64,000 bases of DNA from Geosiphon pyriformis uo1 (Eukaryota; Fungi; Glomeromycota), in NCBI GenBank assembly GCA_016748015.1, contig JAAOMT010000703.1, positions 680,255 through 744,254 of the forward strand, given 5' to 3'. Of this stretch, positions 35,920 to 50,900 are shown one piece after another. The first letter of the stretch is position 1. The number at the start of each line of letters is the position of its first letter. The notes below the pieces were generated by a model, which was given only the letters and a program-made list of their open reading frames with translations, made no database searches and had not been told where the DNA came from. A program made the position numbers and the translations under genes.

Positions 35920-38900
35920 ATGAGCGAATATCCCGCTAGAATACCAACAATGACTACACAGGATATCAATCTCAAACAAAAAGAGCTATCCAATTTGATT
36001 GAAACTCCCTCAGAATTATTGATGAGCTGCTTTGAACAGACACCTTTTGATCCTCTCTCGATGAATATTTACACAGCTACTGAAAAGTTATTAACGATCA
36101 TAAATGATATCCGCGAAGAAAATCCAAGACAATTTCCCTTTGCATTAAAGGGCCATTTTGATAACTTGGAAAAATATATCGCTTCTTCAGGCGATATTTC
36201 AGCGCAAAAATCATCTATAAGCTTTTTATTACCTTGTATTTCCGATTTACTTTTGCATCCAAAATTTACCCTTCCGATTGCTCAGTTGTATCGGCCATTG
36301 CTGATTGACTTGGTAGCTCGATGGCTACTGCCCGACAGTCAAGATAAAATAGATGAAGTATTGGATACTGATATCTGTGCAAAATCACGGGTTGAATTGG
36401 TTGCTAGTGCTTTCAGTCGTTTGCTACCTATAGCGCCTCAGTTGCTAAGGTAAATTCGAATCTCAGAACCTCTCAAAGATCTTTAAATCAATAATCGTTC
36501 ATCCACCGTAATTAATGTTGTTCTCAAACTAGTCTTTCAATCACTTTTTTCAATAATTCACCCTCACTTCTGGATAAGCTTAACTCTTCAGAAATAAAAA
36601 ATACCTCAGATCTGATACATGAGGTCAGTGTAAAAATCATCCCTCAGAGGGCGGCAATAAGTGTGAATTAGGTGAAAATTTTAGAATTTTCTTGCTACTA
36701 TATTTCTGATTGCTAAATTATTAGGATCCAAAATCAAACAATCATCTTCGGCGACTTCTTCTAACTGTTTATCGCCTTCTAATATTTTCCCAAGTTAAAT
36801 TTTCCCGACTTTGGGATTGGTCTCAATTGTTTCCATTGATGATTCACGCAGATGTCTCTGTTCGTTTTCTCACCATCTTATGCTTAAGTGAAGTGCTTAA
36901 TTTAAGTGATCGCCAACGGAATTTAGAAATAGATAAATGGATTGGCTCAAAAAATGAAAAAATATTTATTGAGTGGGAAGATGGAAAAATAGTAGATCTT
37001 CGCATGTTAACGTAAGCTTTAGGAATTTTGGATACTTCTTAAAATCTATTTTTAATCAGCAAAGGAGTTTAATTAACCTTGGGTTACAAACAGGTTGTTG
37101 GAGCAAGAAACACTCGCCAAACAACAAATTGAACTTTTTTCTAACGATTTCATGACTTCAAATAGTCAAACTACTTCCCTCTTAACATCAAGCCATTTGT
37201 CATCCATGACTGTTAATATATGTGGCGTTTTGCTTCCGAGATTCCATCGTGTCCTCGCAAATAATACTTTAAGAAGAGCGGAGCCACTTATATCCACGAA
37301 AACCACTCAACATAACCTTCACTCAATTGCTCTTGCACTTTCGATGGCTACACCTGTTTTGTTGGAAGGTGTTGCCGGATCAGGAAAAACCTCTTTAGTG
37401 GAAGAGATCGCGAATGAATCCGGTTGCCTCGAAGGTTCGTTTTTCTTTTTAAAGCCACAATGATAAGCTATATTACAAGCAGTAAGCAATATAAAATCAT
37501 CTATTCAATAACCTTTCCACTCGAAAATTTAATCATTCAATTTATAGGTCTCATCGATATACATCTAAGTGATCATACGGATTTTAAAGTCTTGCTCGGT
37601 ACCTATATATCAACCTCTTCACCTGCTTCTTTCCGCTGGCAGCCTGGTATCATTACAACTGCTGTTCGTGATGGTCGATGGGTTCTAATTGAAGATATTG
37701 ATCTTGCTTCCTCCGAGGCTTTGTCAATTTTGCTTCCATTACTCGAGACACGACAACTTTTTATTCCAGGGAGGGGTGAGAGAATTCATGCCAAAGAAGG
37801 CTTCCAATTATTTGCTACAAGAAGCTTTATACCAGAAAGAGGAAGAATGGATAAATTTTCAAAGGCAAATAATAACAGCAGTGATAGTCTTTGGACTAAG
37901 ATCAAAGTTAATCCCTTGAGCGATGAAGAGTTAGCCCATGTCATACAAAATCGATTTCCAGCTTTAAATGAGTTGACACCGAGCATTATGCATGTGTATA
38001 AAACAATTCTTTCCATTTATAAAAATCCCGAACTGGCTGGACTCTCTTCATTCGTGAAAATAAGACATACCTCAGCCCGAGACTTGATGAAATGGTGCCA
38101 CAGAATCAATTTCCTTGTGGGGTCCAAACCACAACTGACTGCATCAATCGGACTAGCTCAGAATATCCGTGAAGATCTTTTTAGCGAAGCGGCAGATTGC
38201 TTCTGTGGAATGATCCCTGACTATGAGAGTTGGATAAGTGTGTTGGAACATGTTGGGGAAGCATTAGGGATTTCTAAAGAACGAGTTCGATTTTACATAG
38301 ACACTTACATCCCGAAGTTGGACATTGAGGACAATATTGTAAAAATTGGCCGATCAAATTTAATGCCTCTTGGCCTTGTTAAAAAACTTGAATTCAAACG
38401 GAGGATGACACAACATCCCTTTGCCAACACATCCCACGCATTGAGGTTGCTAGAGAAACTCGCTGTTTGCGTTCATTTGGCTGAGCCTGTATTGTTGGTC
38501 GGTGAGACTGGAACAGGGAAAACTACTGTAGTACAACGTTTGGCCGAGCTTTTGAGGCAGAACTTGGTTGTGCTAAATTTATCACAACAAAGTGATAGCA
38601 GTGATCTTCTTGGAGGATTCAAACCTATTGATATCAAAGTTCTTGCAACACCATTGAAAGATGAGTTCGATACGCTGTTTGAACGGACTTTTTCTGTCAA
38701 AAGAAACCCAAAGTTTTTGGATTTAGTAAGAAAAACCTTTGTTTCAAAAAAGTATGACAAATTTGCTTCTTTATTACAAAAATCGGTGAAAATGGCAGAG
38801 GAGCGCTTTAATAATGAATTCAAGATGGGAGACGAAAAAGATAATAGTGTAGCTCCGAAACATTCTAATAAGCCAGCCAGCCCCGAGTTGCGCAACAGAT

Positions 38901-41900
38901 GGAAAAATTTTGCTAAATCAATCGACGAATTTCAAAAGCAGCATTATCATTTGCAAAATAAATTCATGTTTAGTTTTGTTGAAGGAAGTTTGGTTAATGC
39001 AGTGAAAAAAGGTCATTGGATCTTATTAGATGAACTTAATCTTGCACCGACAGAAACGTTGGAATGTTTGAGTGGATTGCTTCAAAATTCTCGTGGGTCT
39101 CTTCTATTGACTGAAAAAGGAGATATCGAAGCTGTAACGAGGCACCCCAATTTTCGTATATTCGCTTGCATGAATCCTGCAACTGACGTGGGTAAGCGAG
39201 AACTACCTCCAGGTTTACGCAGCCGTTTTACCGAGTTTTACGTCCACTCTCCTGATTCTAGACGACAAGATTTAGTTGAGATCGTAAAGCAATACTTAAG
39301 TGGTTGTTTGGGTGGAGAGGAACATGTCCTGATGGATGTCGTTGAATTTTATTTGGCAGCAAAAGAATTGCTGAGGCAACATAAATTAGTTGACAGTACT
39401 AATCAACGCCCCCATCTGAGCATGCGCAATCTTTCCCGTGCTCTAACCTATGCATCACAAATTGCTTCCACATACGGTCTTCGACGCTCTTTGTATGAAG
39501 GCTTCTGCATGACCTTTTTAACTCAGTTAAATAAAGAGAGCGAAGAAATCATGCACAGGTTAATCGAAACACATCTTTTGAATGGAGTTGAGAATCCTCA
39601 TGAGTTTGTAAATCGAATTCCCTCTCAACCATCACAAAGAAAAAGCATTCAGATCGGAACTTTTTGGCTCGATTTAGGGGTACACCCAATCGAAGAAATG
39701 AATCATTATATATTAACACCTTCTGTAGAAGAAAATTTAAACCGACTCTCAAGGATAGTCACTGCCAAGAGATTTCCTGCATTAATTCAAGGACCCACTT
39801 CTGCTGGAAAAACTAGTATCATTGAGTATTTAGCCAAGAGAACTGGTCATCGATTTGTCAGGATAAACAATCATGAACATACAGATTTACAAGAATATCT
39901 TGGAACATATGTGTCCAATCCTGAAGGGAAGTTAGAATTTCAAGAAGGTGTACTCATTGAAGCTCTAAAAAATGGATACTGGATTGTTCTCGACGAATTG
40001 AACTTGGCACCTTCTGACGTGTTGGAGGCTTTGAATAGACTTCTCGATGACAATAGGGAACTCCTAATACCTGAGACTCAAGAAGTCGTCAAGCCTCATG
40101 AAAATTTTAGATTATTTGCCACCCAAAACCCTCCTGGATTGTATGGTGGAAGAAAGGTTCTTTCACGTGCATTTCGTAATCGTTTTCTGGAGCTTTATTT
40201 CCATGACATACCCGAAGAAGAATTAGAAACTATTCTCTCTCTACGATGCAATATTGCTCCTTCTTATGGTAAACGCCTTGTTCAAGTGTATAGACAGTTA
40301 ATGCAGCAACGACAAATTACGCGTATTTTTGAGCAAAAGCATGGTTACATTACTCTGAGGGATTTATTTCGCTGGGCAGGCAGAGGGGCTATCGGCTATC
40401 AAGAATTAGCAGAACATGGTTATATGATATTGGCAGAGAGAATTCGCAAGCCAGAAGAAAAAATCGTCGTTAAAAATGTTTTGGAAACCGTGATGAAGGT
40501 CAAAATCGTGGAGGAACAAATGTATAATGATCATTTTCATGAGGATTATACACATTACATTAAGATGAACCCTCCTCAAGGGCTAATTGTGTGGACTAAA
40601 GCAATGAAACGATTGTTCACGCTTGTAGGACAGTGTTTAAGGTTTAATGAGCCTGTTTTGTTAATTGGAGAAACTGGTTGTGGTAAAACGACAGTGTGTC
40701 AAATCTTGGCACAAATTAGGCATAAAAATTTACATATTCTGAATTGTCATCAAAATACCGAGACTGCAGATTTGCTTGGAGGGCAACGCCCTGTGAGGAA
40801 TAGAACCAATTCAAATGCTGAACTTAAAAAAGCTTTAAGGGATTTTCTTGAAAATCATCCTATCGCCCCAACAAAGTTAGATAAGAAGTTAGAATTGGAG
40901 CAATTGATCATCATTTTTGAGCGTTGCATTCACGTTCCTGTTGATAAACAATTATTTGAGAATAAAAGTGCCCAAGATTTTACTTTATTGATTGAAAGAG
41001 TAGCTTCCTTAAAGGAGAAATGTCTTCAGGCAAGAACTTTATTCGAATGGCGTGATGGTGCTTTAATTGAAGCAATGAAAAAGGGGGATTACTTTCTTTT
41101 GGATGAAATTTCTTTAGCTGATGATTCTGTTATTGAGCGTTTAAATAGTATTCTAGAGCCACATAGGACGCTTGTTCTACCGGAAAAGGGTGCCCGAAAA
41201 CTTGAAGAATTAGTAGCTGCTGATGGTTTTCAATTTTTGGCGACTATGAATCCTGGAGGTGATTATGGCAAGAAAGAATTGTCCCCTGCCTTGAGAAATC
41301 GATTCACAGAAATATGGGTTCCGCCTATAACTGATCAAGATGATCTGCTGCAGATCATAGATAGCCAGTGGAAACATCTCAGCTTAATTGGATATGGAAA
41401 ATGTATTTTGAGCTTTACCGAATGGTTTGTTCATTTAATTGGACATTCACGAGCAACAGTGAGTCTAAGAGATATCTTGGCATGGGTGGAATTCATGAAT
41501 TCAACATTTGATAGATTGACAGGATCAGTTTCTTTTATACAAGGGGCATGTTTGGTTTTATTGGATGGGCTTGGATCAAATGACTCACTTGGTTCAAATT
41601 CAGCTGAAAAGACGCTGAAAGAATTAAGGAACAAATGTCTGGAAAAACTGGATAATATCTTAAATAATTATCAACTAAATAATGATCATCTATTAGATGA
41701 AAAAAATGGCCAATTGCATTCCACACAAGCAATTTTTGGCATTCATCCTTTTTATGTAAAGCGAGGTATTCTAAATGATCAGCCGATTCAATATAATTTC
41801 CAAGCACCGACTACTTGCGAAAATGCTAAGCGCGTACTTCGTGCGATGCAATTGAAAAAGCCCATTTTACTTGAAGGCAGCCCTGGGGTTGGAAAAACAA

Positions 41901-44900
41901 GTTTAATATCGGCTTTGGCTACCGCTGCTGGCCATAAACTTGTTCGGATTAATCTTTCGGAGCAAACCGACTTAATGGACTTATTTGGATCAGATCTTCC
42001 AGTTGAAGGTGGCTCTGGTGGTGAGTTTGAATGGCGAGATGCACCATTCTTACAGGCCATGCAGGCGGGCGATTGGGTATTATTAGATGAATTAAATCTT
42101 GCTTCTCAGCCTGTATTGGAAGGTCTCAACTCTTGTTTAGATCATAGAGCATCCGTCTATATACCAGAGTTAGATAGACAATTTTTCTGTGCAAATAATT
42201 TTCGAGTATTTGCAGCACAGAACCCTTTGCAGCAAGGAGGTGGTCGAAAAGGACTACCAAAATCTTTTATTAATCGATTCACCCAGGTCTATATCGAACG
42301 GCTCACGAAACAAGATCTGCTATACATTTGTCAATTTCAATATTCAGAAATCGATCCCAAAGTTCTCTCGCGGATGATTGAGTTTAATGATCGCGTCTAC
42401 GAAGAAACGATGATTCGGCGTGTATTTGGTAGGAAAGGTAGCCCATGGGAATTTAATCTCCGCGATATTTTTCGATGGCTCGACCTCATGAAAAAAGATC
42501 ATCGGCTAGATTTCAGTCCTAAACCAACATATTATTTGGATATCATTTACTTGCAAAGAATGAGAACCGAAGAAGATAGAGAGCATTTGATATCTTTGTT
42601 TAGTGAGATTTTCGAAGAAAAGTATGATCCAATTAGGTTTCCATGGTATCATATCGATCCCAACTATCTTCAGATTGGACATTCTCTTCTTCAAAGACAA
42701 ATTTCTCGCCCGATCAGGGATGATGAAAACCAGTTACATTTATTGCAAACTGATCTCAGACCCTTGGAGGCAATCATGAAATGTGTAGAAATGAACTGGA
42801 TGGTGATTTTGAATGGATCTGAAGCCACTGGTAAAACAACCATGATTAGACTTTTAGCCCAATTGACCAACAACAAACTCGAGGAATATACTATGAATAG
42901 CAGTGTTGATACTGTTGAACTGTTGGGAGGGTTTGAACAGGTTGATTTGACAAGGCATAGAGAGGTTTTAATGAACTCTCTGAATCACCTTGTTATCAAT
43001 GCCACAAGAAACGTGCTTTTACATTCGATCCCCCATCCATCCCTCCTCACTATTTTCCAAGAATCGACTCTTTTAGCCATGGTTCAAAATCTAAATGAAC
43101 TTATGTTTACCATAAAGAATCAATCCAAGTTTTCCACAAGTGCTATACAAAACATTGATTACGGATTAATCCATCGTCTCTTTGATCTTATTGGTGAAAT
43201 AATGAGCAAATGCAAAATTTCTGAAGAAGGCTTTTCAGAGTCGATAAAATTTGCATGGCAAAAACTGATTTCGCTTCAAAAACTGGAAAACGAATCCGTA
43301 ACTGGTCGTTTCGAATGGATTGATGGGGTGCTAATTAACGCTTTGCAACGCGGTGATTGGCTATTAATTGATAACGCAAATCTATGTAATCCATCTGTTC
43401 TTGACCGCCTTAATCCTTTGATGGAACCAAGCGGATATCTGATGGTCAATGAGGGGGGATTAATTGAGGGCCAACCAAGAATCATTCATCCTCATCCAAA
43501 TTTTCGTCTCTTCATGACAGTTGATCCTATCAATGGGGAATTATCGCGTGCCATGAGAAATCGTGGCGTAGAGATAACTGTTTTAAAAGCAGAATGGTCA
43601 GAAAATAAGCAAGATTTATTAAGGCTGGCTAATGGATTGGGTTTTCGTGGAAATCAAATTCCTTCCATTCTTGCCAATTTTCACACCAATATCGATCATC
43701 TCTCTGGCTTAAAATCTCTTACTAAGAAATCTAGTCCGAGAGATTATTTGATGGTTATTCGATTCATTCTTGAAAGGCTGCAAAGGGGTGAACGTTTCCT
43801 ACCTACCTTCTTTGGATCCATACAACAAATTTACAACATTTCATTTCTTGAAAATCCCAATATCTTTGAAAAATATGAAAAGGAGCTTGCATTTCTTTCA
43901 AATGCCAATCCACAATTAAAATTGCTCAACTCGCTCTCTCCCACCAATTTTCCGCTTTTTATTGGAGGAACTTTATTGCAGAATCAATCATCACTAGCAA
44001 CTATCACTCTTCACGGTGCATATTTATTGCATCTTTTGCAAACACGTTTATTAAACTCATCTGTGGCAGACTCGTTTCAATCCTTGCGTGTCGTATGTAA
44101 CTATCTTTTGGAGAGCATATCTTTAAACGATCTTGAACTTTGCACACACTGGTTGGATAATGTGCTTTCTTATCAATCAAGTCTAGAAGTAAAAATCATG
44201 GGAGAGTATGATGTTTTTGCACATTTTAATTTATTGTTGAAGAATTTATCTCAAAGCAGGATTGCCACGAAAATAGTTGACTATAAACATCAAATATCAT
44301 TATCAACCAAACTCGACCCGAACTTTTTAGTTTTTCAGGTGAGTTAAGAGTTTGCTGACAAATAACAAAATTTCAGATTCTGCATTTTCCATTTCAGCTA
44401 ATTCAAGAAAACTAAAATTTTGTTTGTTCGTATTTCTCACCCTGAACTTGTACAATCATTACAGCCGCTTGATATCACCAATAATTCCAAACTAGTAAAA
44501 ATCTTAGGTGATGGGAAAGCTCTTTCTACTCGTCTTCTTTGGAATAAATACATGATTGCACTGAAAGAACTCGAAATATTTCGGCGTATTGTACCCAATG
44601 AATATATCGAAAACCTCACATATCAACTATCTTCTCGCCTCAAAACCTCTAAGTTGTCTTTAGTACACCGATCTTTTATGTATCACCAAACTCACTATGA
44701 TGAAGCTTATCTAAATCATCCTGTTATCGAAGCGATATATCCATTTTTCGAGCACTCTAGAAAATTACTCTATTCTTTCTTAAACGAAGAGATTGATCAT
44801 AAATTTGAGGTTAGAAAATTGCTCTTTCACATTTTATTGTGTAATTAAGAGTAACCTAAATCTTTATTTCGTAACTCAGGTATTCTCGACTGTTCATGAT

Positions 44901-47900
44901 TTTTTGGATTATCGTGATTACTTTTGGAAACTGTGCCTTCAATCCACGCCTGACATTGGTGATTTATCTACTTGTGTGAAATTAATGCGTGAGAAAGCCG
45001 ATTCCTTGGTGAAACAAAGCGGAGAGTCTTTAAGTTCTCTTCTTGAGCCAATCGATTCTATTACAAAGCATGTAGCATTACTCACAGGCACATCGATGAA
45101 GGAACTTTGGGAATATTTTCATCCTATTGTATTCACCAAGATGGATCTGTTTCGATTATATCAGAGCTTAATAGAGCTTAATAAAGAATTCGACTTTTAT
45201 GACGAGAATTTTAAAGGTGTGTATTCTTTTATTCGACATCTTTTTTTATTTCTGTTAGTAGACGCGACGGGTTCAGAATTTTGAGAAATTTCTTATTTAT
45301 CCTTCCTTTAGAACAAAAGATTACTAAATCGCAACCCGTTTTCGAGTTAAAAGAAATGTTAATGGAGGCAATTAGCACATTATATTTTATCGAAGATCAC
45401 TACACCGATGTAGATTCGCGCCGACTTTTGGATTCACTGCAAAAAGTTCCAGAGGTAATCCTCATCGATATTTGCCCGATATTTTGCTTAAAATCTTATG
45501 TGTTTGTTTTCCATTCAGCATTTGCGGAATAAAATACAAGATCTCGATAGCAATCAGAATTGCTCATCTGTGACAAATAAGGGGTTCCAATCTCTCCATA
45601 TTATCCTTGATTATTGGAGCATCATAAAAGAAATGCAAATCCTTGGTCAACTTCAATTAATTTTCGCGTCTGAAGATTTTAACCATGAGAAGGTTTCACT
45701 TGTTGTTTTATTCTTCTTTCAAGCTTTGATGATGATATTTAAATAATATATTGCTTACTGAATAGGAGAAATTGTACCAATTTATCGATCAAATTTCTTT
45801 ATTTCGAGATTTTTTTTTAAAAAAATCTACAAGGCCCCCTTTGGACTTTAGTGTTCATCAGCGTCTAAGTTGGATTTATGGGCGAGATTCGACTTGTAGG
45901 TTTTTCTTTTTCTTATATCTTCCCTCGATTTCTTTCTGCTCAGTATAAATTGTTAGCTTTCCAAAATAGTTCCCAATGAAAAAGGTGCAGTCATGATGAA
46001 TAATCTGATTCAAGAAATCTTATATGGTTGGCACACCCGTTTGTGGGCCAATAGCTTCAATGATATATCTATTAAAGTTTCGGCACAGGGATCAAACGAT
46101 ACAGTTAATGTATGTATATTGATCATTGAGCTAAATGATATCTATGTCAATCTAATAACAAATTTACCAATTTCGAACATTTCCTCTAAGTATGTGCAGC
46201 AAACTCAAGGTCCCTCCAGACTGTTCCAAAGTGTATACAGTGATTTATACTTCAAACATAGGTAAACTTTATTTACTTTTTATTTCCTCCACTTATTTCA
46301 AAATTTGTCTCGACTTTTTCATACTAGAGCTGAACTATTAAACTTTTAGCTTGTCTTTACGTGAAATGTCAATTGGATCCTATGATTTGAATTTGTCACA
46401 TCTCGGCGAGTTTGCCGAACAGGCAATTGGAATATCGAATATTTCGTTTAATCGGAAACAGATCGACATAGCATTTTTAATTTTACAGCTTAGACAAGTA
46501 AGTTCATTTAATTTTAACAGAAAATCTGATTCCAATTTTTTCTTATTTTTGACATTGTTGTATATAGATTCTCAACATCAATTACCGAAAGTTCACTCCA
46601 CAAGCATTTTTTTTCATATCAAAAGAGCTGAAAGCATTATTTGATGTGGCTGCTATGTTGTTATCGGAGCCTATTATTGGGGGCACTTACCCGAATATGT
46701 CCTTGGTCAAAGTCTCTCTTGATCTACTATCTAAAGCCCTCCAAGATATAGTTGATTCAGAATTTGCCGAGATATGTGTACGTTATATTACACCTGCCGT
46801 TCGTTTGATAATTCAAATTTTCGAACTTCATGAACAAGCCAAGTTATTTGAGAATTGTGCCGGCCTTATAGGACAGGCTTGGATCCTCTTAGCCCTTGGT
46901 TTTATCGACTTGTATGTTCCAAATTACCCTCTCGATCCAACCTCGGAAGTCCGAACTAGGCAAACGGTTTTAGAATTGCAGCAGCAGAAACTGCAAAATG
47001 AAATTGAAGTTCGTCAAACAATTCAAGAATACTTCACTGGGGAACTTCTCAACCCACAGATTGAAGCATATAAACTTAATTTGAAAGATGTCAACGTTAA
47101 CCTAGAATTAGTTTCGGTTAATATGGGATTGCGTCCTCCTCAATCAGCTCTTAACGATCTTTTCAGACATATCCGACATCTGTGTGATAATGTTATTAAT
47201 GCGAGCTACATCAATGAATTAATACGAGCTCTTGAAGAAACCTGTGATTTTTCTACTCTTCAAAGGGAAAATCTATTTCAAGCAAAAACTACCCATTTTA
47301 TTCAAAGAATGACATTAAATTATCCTCATTACCGTGATTTAATACAGCCGATGTTACTCGCCATCTATCAATTAAAATATGGACTTAGAACACTTGCATT
47401 CCAATCCAAAGCATTAAATACGGAAGCAGATCTTGCAAGCTATGTCGTAGTGAAGTCTTTACTGGAGATTCCAAAGATTTTTCAGCTTGATTATTCGATT
47501 GAAGTGCTCACTTCCGCAACATCTTTAGCCAGCATCAAGCGATTAATCTTCAGTAACAATTCGCCCCCAAAAGACTACGAAAAATATATCAGCTATCTAT
47601 ATACTATACTTGAATGTACATATTATCGTGTCGCTGTACGTGGCCACATAATTCGTAAAGATTCTGATACTATTGATTGGCTTCTCCAAGAAATTGCTCA
47701 TATATATTTAGCCGCTGAAAACCACCAAAGAGAATTGGAGAAAGACAAGGAGGCCTTTTTCCGAAGTAAATCCAAAACTCAGGAAAAAAATATTGAAGAC
47801 AAAGATTTGGACTCTGAATTTGAGCACCTTTTCCCAGATTTTAAGAATGAATTTTCTGATCTTGAAGCATCCTCCGAAGTCGATTTGGTTTCTAACATAT

Positions 47901-50900
47901 CCAATCCTGAGCATGAACTCGAGAATGAAGAAGTTGTCATAATTAATAATGACCTTATTGTCCAAATTGGCTCTTTGCATGAGATGCTTTTCCGAAACTT
48001 TGAAGTTGCCTTCACTACCCAAATTCTTCGGCTAGACGAACTCAATCGTCGCATATACTGGTCCTCCTTTAACACCGCAAGTGAAGTTGCTTTAATCTCA
48101 CGTAAAATCTTTCCCGAAGAACTGGACATTCCCATGGTCTCATCCCAAATACTTGCCACAGCCTTGTATAAGAATTGGTTGGTCACTGGTACAGAACCAA
48201 GTGGGATATATGAAGAAGAAAAAATCTATAATTTTTACAAAGACCCTAATATTCCTCAAACCAAAAGGATTTGTTCTGTGATATCATCAATAAAAAAGCG
48301 TGTTATGGAATTGCTTCAAGAATGGCCCCAACATGCTGTATTGCAACATCTGGATGAAGTTTGTAGTCGAATCCAAAGTTTCGCTTTGACCTCTCCCCTT
48401 TCAAAATTCCTTACAGGATTAGAATTGCTATTAAGACGTTCAGAAGAATGGGAAGCATATGCAAGCCAGGAATTTTCTCTTAAAATTCAAATGCAGGAAA
48501 TCAGCACTCTAATTGTTACTTGGCGGCAACTTGAATTAGCAAATTGGCCCAAATTGTTGGAATCCCAAGAAAGACAACACACCGATTCCGTGTATCAATG
48601 GTGGTTTCATTTGTATAACTGTGTTTTTACTTCTGATATTTTTTACCAATTGGATGATGAGGCATCAGTTAGAGCTATCTCAGATCACGTATCTCAAACT
48701 GTTGAGGTACTGGATCAATTTTTGCAATCGGCAAAATTAGGTGATTTTGAAGCGCGATTACGTTTAGTTCAAACATTCCATCTTCATTTGTGTACAAAAA
48801 TCAAACTCGAAGTCAACAACTCCAGCCGAGATATCACTTATTTAAGTAAAACAAGCGAAGCACTTTCAAATGTTCAAATTTACTATTCCCAGTTTATTCC
48901 CCAACATCGCATTATCTTAGAAACTTTGCGGAAACCAATTGACCAGGAGCTTAAAGAATTTGTAAAATTAGCAAGCTGGAAAGATGTCAATGTTCACGCG
49001 TTGAAACAGAGTGCACAAAAGACACATAATCATTTAAAAAAATGTTTGCGCAAATTCAAGGAAATCCTTAGCAAACCCATCACCGAGGTAATTTTAGCTT
49101 ACCAATCAAACATTTCGACAGTAAATTTCGTAGATGAACACGAAAATTTTTCTGAAGAATGTGGAATCTTGGAAACAGATAATTGGATCCCAGAAGTTAC
49201 ACAAACAAATTCATCCTCAGAAACTATGCGACTACAATTGTTATTGGAGAAACGGGCAATTTCGGTCCCTGATCGGTTTATAAATATTGCCCAGACTCTT
49301 TCAAAACTTCGCTCATATTGTACTTCAGAGATCTTGATTAAAAGCCCATCATTTGATTCCGGAGCTCTTGAGGAATTGTCACTTCATATTATTTTACGCA
49401 CTAAAACTCTTCAGGAAACTACTCCCAACCTGATGAACCTGAACAATGTAAATATAGTAACAAATCAGAAGATTATCAAGAAAAGATCTTTGGTCGATTT
49501 ATTAAAAGAACTCCAACGCCTAGGGCTCGATCCATTCAAGAAAAAGGAACGAGTTGAGCAACAAGAAAATTTAGTCGGCTATATATTTCAACTCCCCAGG
49601 ATAGATATTAACAAGTTCTTGATCTTTCATAAAAAGCTTTGCCTACCAACACGCCATAAATCTCCCGATTTTCTAGCTTCGATCAGTTTATTAGAAAAAG
49701 CCGATCATTATTACTATCAAATTATTGCACGAATATCCCATCTGCGAAATGTTGCGAGCAATCCCTCTCGGGATTTATCATCTCAGGAGGTGAAAAAGTG
49801 TCTCAGTTTCACCGAACACCTGTTGCACTTGATTATTTCTGAACGGACTACCTTGTGTACGCTTCAGAAGCAATACATATATTTGGGCGTAACGTTTAAA
49901 CAGTTTTTTCAATTATTCTCCCAATACAATAAACCATTAGGCGAATCACCAGCTCTTATATCGCTGGGTTCAGCAGATGAAATCAAATTGTATTCGCATA
50001 AAGAATTCTTGGACAATTTGGTCAATTTAATCTCTTACACGAATTTGATCTTTCAGATTCAAAAGGAATATCTGGAAAGTTTAGATGTCCAACTTGAAAA
50101 TCAAATCCTTTCTTGGTTAGATACTTTGACACAACTTCGTAACGATATTCTTTGGATCTTTGACCAAGTTATTTTATATCCAAATTTTGCAAATGGGATC
50201 AAGCCATTAATGAATGACACCATTCTTCCCTTAATTCAAAGTAATCTTGAGAAGATTAAGCTATTTTACGAGTTCATCAAGGAAACGGCTCAACGCGTTC
50301 CCCAGTTACGGCATGTGATGACACCAATTGCTGAATATGTTATTTCTTCGATTAATGTATCCACTTCTACTCCGCACCAGACAGATAATGAAATAGTAAA
50401 TGAAGAAATCATGTTGCATGTAATAGGGGAACTAGCTCAAAGAACTAGCAGGCTAATCGACGCTGTACTTTCTTCTGTGCAAGCTCTTAGTAAAATGGCC
50501 AAAACAGAAAATGAATCAGAACCGAATGAAGAATTGAATAACGATATTCCAGATAAATACATTAAATCGAAACATAATCTCTTCGCCGAGATAGTTAAAA
50601 GGCTTCAACTGAATAAGGTTGTCGATTGCTGTAACTCCTTGCATAGAGAACTGTATAATATGATGAACGGGCAAGGGATGAAAGTTGAAGCGATACGGAC
50701 TATGGTCACCTCTTTAATTCAAAGAACTTATCCATTTATTCAAGAATACCTTTTCCTTGTGCAACATCATTTAAACCACTTTTTCATCCACCACAAATCT
50801 TTATGCAAATTTGCCTATATACTCACTAATCTATTCACCCATCTTTGCATGGAAGGTTATTGTACGCCAAAAGCAGAGGCTGAGGTTAATGAGGATGCCA

